From an uncultured Rickettsiales bacterium (GTDB taxonomy: Bacteria > Myxococcota_A > UBA796 > UBA9615): DNA of 64,000 bases. The DNA is taken from contig CAZEKB010000024.1 in NCBI GenBank assembly GCA_964512225.1, forward strand, positions 678-64,677, in the 5' to 3' direction. A program made the position numbers and the translations under genes. The notes beneath the pieces are model-generated. The model was not told the DNA's origin. It saw only the letters and a program-made list of their open reading frames with translations, and did no database searches. Shown here in pieces: positions 1-9,000 of the stretch (the stretch's first letter is position 1; each line of letters starts with the position of its first letter).

Positions 1-2
1 CC

Positions 3-3000
3 GCCTGCGCCGCCCTGACCACCTGCACGGCCGAGGTCTGCGACGACGGCCTGGACAACGACGGCGACGGCTTCATCGACTGCGGCGACGCCGACTGCGC
101 CACCACCTCGGGCTGCGTCGTGGAGATCTGCGACAACTCCGCGGACGACGACGGCGACGGCTTCATCGACTGCACCGACTCCGAGTGCGCCACCGACCCC
201 GAGTGCGTCGTCGAGGTGTGCGACGACCTCCTGGACAACGACGCCGACGGCGCGATCGACTGCGCCGACTCCGAGTGCATCGCGGACCCGACGTGCATCG
301 TCGAGGCCTGCAACAACGGCTCCGACGACGACGCCGACGGGCTGGTCGACTGCGCCGATCCCGAATGCGCCACGTCCACCTTCTGCGCCACCGCCGAGAT
401 CTGCGACGACGGCCTGGACAACGACGGCGACGGCAGCACCGACTGCCAGGACACCGAGTGCACCTGGACGTTCATCCCGACCTGCACGTCCGAGGACTGC
501 ACCAACGCGATCGACGACGACGGCGACGGCGACGTGGACTGCGACGACCTGCAGTGCGCCAACGCCCCGTCCTGCGCCCTCGAGATCTGCGACAACGGCG
601 TCGACGACGACGCCAACGGCCTCGTGGACTGCCTCGACGTCGCCGACTGCGCGACCGCGGCGAACTGCATCGTGGAGATCTGCGACAACGGGATCGACGA
701 CGACGGCGACAGCTTCATCGACTGCACGGACGCCGAGTGCATCGCCGGCGATCCCGCCTGCACCGTGGAGATCTGCACCAACTCGGTCGACGACAACGGC
801 GACGGCTTCGTCGACTGCGCCGACCCCCAGTGCGCGACCGAGACGATCTGTCTCGTGGAGATCTGCGACAACGGGATCGACGACAACGGCGACCTGTTCA
901 TCGACTGCGCCGACGCCACCTGCCAGATCCAGGCGACCTGCCAGACCGAGAACTGCATCAACGGCGTGGACGACGACGGCGACGGCGACGTGGACTGCGC
1001 CGATACGTCCTGCATCCCCCAGGCGGTGTGCCTCGCCACCGGCGAAGCGGGCCTGTGCGACAACACGCTGGACGACGACGGCGACTACTACATCGACTGC
1101 GTGGACACCGAGTGCGTCGCGGACCCGGTCTGCAACCCCGAGATCTGCGACGACGGCTTCGACAACGACGGCGACGGCCTCGTGGACTGCACCGACACCG
1201 ACTGCGCCGCGTTCGCGGGCTGCGCGGTGGAGGTCTGCGACAACGGGACCGACGACGACGGCGACCTCTTCATCGACTGCGTCGATCCCGACTGCATCGC
1301 CGAGGCCGTGTGCATCGTCGAGATCTGCACCAACACCGTGGACGACGACGGCGACGGCCTCGTGGACTGCGCCGACAGCGAGTGCACCGCGGACCCGGCC
1401 TGCATCCCCGAGATCTGCAACAACGGCCTCGACGACGACAGCGACGGCGACGTCGACTGCCTCGACTTCGACTGCTTCTTCGACGCAGCGTGCAGCCTCG
1501 AGACCTGCGACAACGGCCTCGACGACGACGGCGACGGCCTCGTGGACTGCGACGACGTCATCGACTGCGGCCTGTTCACCGGGTGCATCGTCGAGAACTG
1601 CGGCAACGGGATCGACGACGACTACGACAACCTGGTCGACTGCCTCGACCCCGAGTGCGCGGCCGCGGCCGTGTGCATCGTCGAGGTCTGCGACAACACG
1701 ATCGACGACGACGGCGACGGCGACGCCGACTGCGACGACTCCGAGTGCACGACCAACGCCGCCTGCATCGTCGAGATCTGCGACAACGGGTTGGACGACG
1801 ACGGCGACGGCACCATCGACTGCACCGACTCCGAGTGCGCCGCCGAGCCCGCCTGCATCCCCGAGCTCTGCACCAACACGATCGACGACGACGGCGACGG
1901 CTTCGTGGACTGCGCCGACCCCGAGTGCACGGGCGTCGCGGCCTGCACGTCCGAGGTCTGCGACAACAACGCCGACGACGACGGCGACGGCCTCGTCGAC
2001 TGCCTCGACCCCGGCTGCTTCGGCGCCGCGGTGTGCGTCTCCGGCGGCACGGAGAACTGCACCGACGGCACGGACGACGACAACGACGGCCTCATCGACT
2101 GCCTCGACCCCGACTGCTTCCAGGACTCGGCATGCCTGACCGAGCTCTGCGCCGACGGCTTCGACAACGACCTCGACGGCGACGTGGACTGCGCGGACTC
2201 CGACTGCACCAACGACCCCGCGTGCATCGCCGAGGTCTGCGACAACGGGGTGGACGACGACGGCGACGGCGCCGTCGACTGCCTCGACGGCGACTGCGCG
2301 GGGTCCCCGGCCTGCACCCCCGAGATCTGCAACAACAACCTCGACGACGACAACGACGGCCTGGTCGACTGCGCGGACAGCGAGTGCCTCGCCGACCCGG
2401 CCTGCGCAACCGAGAACTGTACGAACGGCGTGGACGACGACGGGGACGGCGACATCGACTGCCTCGACTTCGACTGCTTCAACACGCTGACCTGCGGCGA
2501 GGTCTGCGACAACGGGGTGGACGACGACGGCGACGGGGCCGTGGACTGCCTCGACACCGACTGCGCGCAGCACAACGCCTGCATCACCGAGATCTGCAAC
2601 GACGGGATCGACAACGACGGCGACGGCACCGTCGACTGCGACGACACCGAGTGCGCGACGGATACGTACTGCAGCACCTGCTCGTCCACCGGCGCCGTCG
2701 CGTGCGGCGGCAACGCGGCCTCCAACAACGACGACCCGGGCTCCACGGACGCCGTCGACTCCTATGCCTGCGGCGGCTGGGACGCAACCGGCCCGGAGAT
2801 GGTCTTCGAGTACGTCGCCACCGAGGCGGGCACGCACTTCGTCGCCCTCGCGGGGCTGACCGCCAACCTCGACCTGTACATCATCGACGAGACCGCCGCG
2901 GGGGGCGCCTGCGACAGCAACCAGTGCATCGCGTTCGGCGACCAGTCGGCGTCGTTCACCGCGGTCGTGGGGAACACCTACCTGCTGGTGGTCGACGGCC

Positions 3001-6000
3001 GCTTCGGCGCCAAGTCGGACTTCGTGGTGAACGTGTTCTGCCCGAGCAACCTCGTGGAGAACTGCACCAACGGCATCGACGACGACTTCGACGGGGACGT
3101 CGACTGCGCCGACACCGAGTGCTCCTGCGCGGTCACCTGCTCGGCCACGTCGACCCTGACCTGCGGGCAGCAGCTGACCGCCACCACCGTGGGCAGCCCG
3201 TCGCAGATCTCCACCTACTCCTGCGGCGTCCCGGCCACCGGGCCCGAGGAGTTCTTCACGTTCATCGGCCCGCCCGGCGGCGGCACCGTCGACTTCCAGC
3301 TCGCCAGCCTCAGCACGGCCGATCTCGACCTGTACGCCCTCGAGTCCAACGCCGGGGCCTGCGATCCCACGGTCTGCGCCGACGCGGCGACGGGCTCGGG
3401 CTCCACCGAGCTCCTGTCCCTCGCGACCACCGCCGGGACGGAGTACTTCATCGGCGTGGAGGGCTTCTCCGGCGACTCCGGCGCGTTCGTGCTCGACGTC
3501 CTCTGCCCCACCACGACGCTGGAGATCTGCGGCAACTTCATCGACGACGACGGCGACGGCGACGTGGACTGCGCCGACTCCGAGTGCTTCGGCGACGCGG
3601 GCTGCTCCGTGGAGGTCTGCGACAACAGCTTCGACGACGACGGCGACGCCCTCATCGACTGCGCCGACCCGGACTGCAGCACGGCCCCGTCCTGCGCGGT
3701 GGAGATCTGCAACGACTTCATCGACAACAACGGCGACGGGCTGACCGACTGCGCGGACGCCCAGTGCATCAACGCGACGCTGTGCATCCCCGAGGTCTGC
3801 AACAACGGCGTGGACGACGACTCCGACGGCGACACCGACTGCGACGACCTCGAGTGCGAGAACGACCCCGGCTGTCCGCCCCCCACGTGCTCGTCGGTGG
3901 TGAGCACGATCGCTTGCGGCGGCTCCGTCGTGGGGACCACGACCACGGCCGCGAACTCCCTCACGAGCTACTCCTGCGGCAACGTCAGCCCCGGGCCCGA
4001 CGTCACCTACGAGTTCACGGCGACGGCCACCCAGCTCGCCACGATCTCGCTGCAGATCGACACCCCGAACACCGACCTCGACATCGTCGTCGTATCGGAC
4101 CAGGGCAACGGCTGCGAGCCCGGCGCCTGCGACGCGTTCGCGGGCAGCACCACGCTCAACCCCGAGCTGCTCGCGTTCCCCGTCAACCAGGGCGACACCT
4201 ACTACCTGCTGGTCGAGTCGAAGCTGCCGAGCGTGTCCGGCGACTTCACGATGTCGCTGACCTGCGGCAGCACCCCCGGCACCGAGCTGTGCGGCAACGG
4301 CATCGACGACGACGGCAACGGCCTCGTCGACTGCAACGACCCGGTGTGCGCGACCAACCCCGCGTGCGTGACGCCTCCCGAGAACTGCGCCAACAACCTG
4401 GACGACGACGGCGACGGCCTCGTGGACTGCCTCGACACCGACTGCTTCGGCTCCCCGGTGTGCGTCCTGACGGAGAACTGCGCCAACGGCGTCGACGACG
4501 ACACCGACGGCCTGATCGACTGCCAGGACAGCGACTGCGTGGGCGACATCAACTGCATCGGCATCGAGAACTGCGGCGACGGCATCGACAACTCCGGCAA
4601 CGGCCTCGTCGACTGCCAGGACCCGACGTGCAACGGCACCGCCTTCTGCTCCACGGAGGTCAGCTGCACCAACGGGTTCGACGACGACGGTGACGGCGCC
4701 GTGGACTGCCTCGACACCGACTGCACCACCCAGTCCGTGTGCATCCCCGAGGTGTGCAGCAACGGCGTCGACGACGACAACGACGGCCTCGTGGACTGCA
4801 ACGACACCGAGTGCACCCTCGATCCGGCGTGCATCCCCGAGCTCTGTCAGAACGGCATCGACGACGACGGCGACGGCTTCGTCGACTGCCTCGACACCGA
4901 GTGCAGCACGCAGCCGTTCTGCATCGCCGAGATCTGCGGCAACGGCATCGACGACGACGGCGACGGCGACATCGACTGCACCGATCTCGAGTGCGCGGCC
5001 GACCCCGCCTGCATCACGGAGCTCTGCGCCAACGGCCTCGACGACGACGGCGACGGCTTCGTGGACTGCGCCGACAGCGAGTGCTTCACCGACGCGGCCT
5101 GCACCACCGAGAACTGCACGAACGGCGTGGACGACGACGGCGACGGCCTCGTCGACTGCGCCGACCCGGGCTGCTTCGGGAACATCGCGTGCGCCCTGGG
5201 CGGGACCGAGGTCTGCACCGACGGCACCGACGACGACAACGACGGGTTCATCGACTGCCTCGACCCGGACTGCTTCACCGACCCGGTGTGCATCCCCGAG
5301 AACTGCGCCAACGGGTTCGATGACGACGGCGACGGCCTCGTGGACTGCAACGATCCCGAGTGCACGACCGCCGCGGCCTGCACGCCCGAGATCTGCACGA
5401 ACGCCGTGGACGACGACGGCGACGGCCTGATCGACTGCGCGGACCCGGACTGTACCGGCGCGGGGGCGTGCACGCCCGAGAACTGCACCAACGGCATCGA
5501 CGACGACGGCGACGGCCTCGTCGACTGCTTCGATCCCGAGTGCCCGCTCGACCCGAGCTGCATCGTCGAGAACTGCACCAACGGCATCGATGACGACGGC
5601 GACGGCACCGTCGACTGCAACGACCTCGAGTGCATCAACAACATCGCCTGCGGCGAGGTCTGCACCGACAACATCGACAACGACGGCGACGGCCTCGTCG
5701 ACTGCGCGGACAACGACTGCGCGGGCAACTCGGCGTGCATCCCCGAGGTGTGCGACGACGGCCTGGACAACGACAACGACGCCTTCATCGACTGCGACGA
5801 CACCGAGTGTGTGGCCGCCGCGTACTGCACGACGTGCGTCGAGCTCCCGACGCCGGTCCTCGGCTGCACGGGCGCGGTGAGCGGCCTGAACATCGCCGCC
5901 GGCTCCACCGACGCCAACAACTCCTACACCTGCGGCGGCTGGGACGCGACGGGCAGCGAGATCGTCTACGAGTGGACGGCCACGGAGTCCGGCAACCACG

Positions 6001-9000
6001 TCGTGGCGCTGTCCGGTCTCGCGGCGAACCTCGACCTGTACGTGATGGACGACTCGGCGCCGGGCTGCGACGCGAGCTCCTGCGTGGCCTTCGGCGACCA
6101 GTCGGTCTCCTTCACCGCGGTCGCGGGCAATACGTACTACGTGGCCGTCGACGGTCGGTTCGGGGCGGTCAGCGCCTACAACCTGCTGACGTACTGCCCG
6201 TCGGACCTGGTCGAGAACTGCACCGACGGGGTGGACAACGACCTCGACGGCGACATCGACTGCGCGGACTCCGACTGCACCTGCCAGGTCACCTGCAGCA
6301 CCACGATCGCGCTCTCCTGCGGCGACTCGATCGGGGGCACGACGACCGGCGCGGCGGACCTGATCGACACGTACTCCTGCGGGGTCCCGGCCACCGGTCC
6401 CGAGGTCTTCTACTCGTTCGTCGGCCCCGCGGGCGGCGGCAACGTCGAGTTCCAGCTCAGCACGACGGATCCCGGCGCGGACCTCGATCTGTACGCGCTC
6501 GACGACAACACCGGCGCCTGCGACCCGACCCTCTGCCTCGACGCGGCGACGGCCAGCGGCAACAGCGACACGCTGATCCTCGCGACCGTGGCGGGCGACG
6601 ACTACGCCGTGGGCGTCGAGGGCTACGCGAACACGTCGGGGACCTACATCCTGGACGTGGTCTGCCCGTCGACCACGCTGGAGAATTGCTCGAACGCGAT
6701 CGACGACGACGGCGACGGCGACATCGACTGCGGCGACAGCAACTGCTTCGGCGACGCGGCCTGCGCCACGGAGACCTGCGACAACGGCTTCGACGACGAC
6801 GGCGACGGTCTCGTCGACTGCCTGGACCCGGCCTGCGCGCTGAACCTGCTGTGCACGCCCGAGAACTGCAGCGACGGCATCGACAACGACGGCGACGGCG
6901 ACGTGGACTGCGACGACTCGGAGTGCACGGCGGCGACGTTCTGCATCGTCGAGAACTGCACGAACCTCCTCGACGACGACCAGGACGGCGCCGTGGACTG
7001 CGCGGACAGCGAGTGCGTCGCCGATCCCGCCTGCATCACGGGCACGTGTCCGGCGGCCCAGTCCACGCTGGTATGTCCGTCCACGACCACGGACACGACC
7101 ACCGGGTCCACCGACTCGGTCAGCGGCTACGGTTGCCTCAACAGCCAACTCGGCCCCGAGGTGGTGTTCGAGTACACGGCCGTCGCCACCCAGCTCATCA
7201 CGGCCGAGCTCACGATCATCACGGCGGGCATCGACCTCGACCTCGTGGTCGTGGAGGACGCCGGCACCGGGTGCGACCCGCTGAACTGCACCACCGTCGC
7301 GGGCGCCACCACCAACCCCGACACCGTGGCGTTCGCGGCCGTCGCGGGCGGCGTGTACCACCTGTTCGTGGACGGCAAGACCGCCCTGGACGTGGGGGAC
7401 TTCACACTCGACCTGGCCTGCGGCACCACGACCACGTCGGAGGTGTGCACCAACGGCCTCGACGACGACAACGACGGCGACATCGACTGCGCCGACAGCG
7501 AGTGCGTGGCCGATCCCAGCTGCCTGGTGCCCTCCGAGATCTGCACCGACAACATCGACAACGACGGCGACGGGCTCGTCGACTGCTTCGACGCGGACTG
7601 CGTCGGCTCCCCCGCCTGCGCCCTCGTCGAGCTGTGCGCGGACAACGTGGACAACGACCTCGACAACCTCGTCGACTGCCAGGACCCGGACTGCTTCACG
7701 GACATCAACTGCATCCTCGTGGAGGTCTGCACCAACGGCATCGACGACAACAACAACGGCCTCGTGGACTGCGCCGACCTGTCGTGCTTCGGTGGCCCGT
7801 CGTGCCAGACGGAGGTCTCCTGCACGAACGCCTTCGACGACGACGGCGACGGCGACGTGGACTGCCTCGACGCGGACTGCGGGCTCGATCCGGCGTGCCT
7901 GTTCGAGGTCTGCACGGACGGCGTGGACAACGACAACGACGGCCTGATCGACTGCGTGGATCCCGACTGCATCCCCGCCACGAACTGCCCGGAGATCTGC
8001 ACGGACGGCGTGGACAACGACGGCGACGGGCTCATCGACTGCGCCGACGGCTCCTGCGCGGGCAACGCGGCCTGCACGGAGAACTGCACGGACGGCATCG
8101 ACAACGACGGCGACGGGCTCATCGACTGCGCCGACGTCGTCGACTGCGGCACCAACGCGGCGTGCATCACCGCCGAGGTGTGCGACGACGGCATCGACAA
8201 CGACGGCGACGGCCTCGTGGACTGCCTGGACACGGCGGACTGCGCCACGGCGGTCGCGTGCCTCGCCGAGGTGTGCAACGACGGGACCGACGACGACGGC
8301 GACGGCCTCGCCGACTGCCTGGACCCGGACTGCGCGGGCGACCCGGCCTGCCCGGCGACCTTCTGCGCGATCCAGTCGGTCATCGGCTGCGGGTCGAGCA
8401 TCACGGACGCGACGGTCGCGCTCTCCGAGGTGACGGGCTACGGCTGCGGCAACCTCGAGCTGGGCGGCGAGCTCTTCTACCGGCTGAGCACGGCGGCCCC
8501 CGAGACGGTCCAGCTCACGCTCACCGCGACCGATCCCTCGGACGACTTCGACCTCGTGGTCCTGGACGACTCCGGCGGCGGCTGCGTCCCGGCGAACTGC
8601 TCGGCCTACTCGGCCACGGCCGGCAACCCCGAGTCGCTGGTCTTCAGCACGGTCGCGGGCGACACCTACTACGTGGGCGTCGACGGCTTCGGCGCGTCCG
8701 ACTTCGGCGGGTTCCAGCTCGACGTCGTGTGCGGCACGCCCACCGCCGAGATCTGCAACAACGGCGTCGACGACGACGGCGACGGCGACGTCGACTGCGC
8801 CGACGCGAACTGCGCGAACGCCGCCGTGTGCAACCAGACGGAGATCTGCAACAACGGCATCGACGACGACGGCGACTCCGCGATCGACTGCGCGGACGGC
8901 GACTGCTCCACGGATTCGGCCTGCATCGTCGAGATCTGCACGGGCGGCGTGGACGACGACGGCGACGGCCTCATCGACTGCGCCGATACGGAGTGCGTGC

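Noticed and set aside
120-122. GTG at 120 listed as the start of the giant ORF
   Set aside because: The same frame is open and encodes the identical repeat from nt 3, so the gene begins upstream of the window. 120 is only the first in-window start codon.
185-5920. Arg-rich (+1 frame) and Ser/Gln-rich (antisense) ORFs tiling the giant gene (185-4693, 1622-2746, 4847-5920 and others)
   Set aside because: They are alternative-frame readings of the GAC/GGC-rich repeat DNA: low complexity, no start context, and overlapping a strongly supported CDS.
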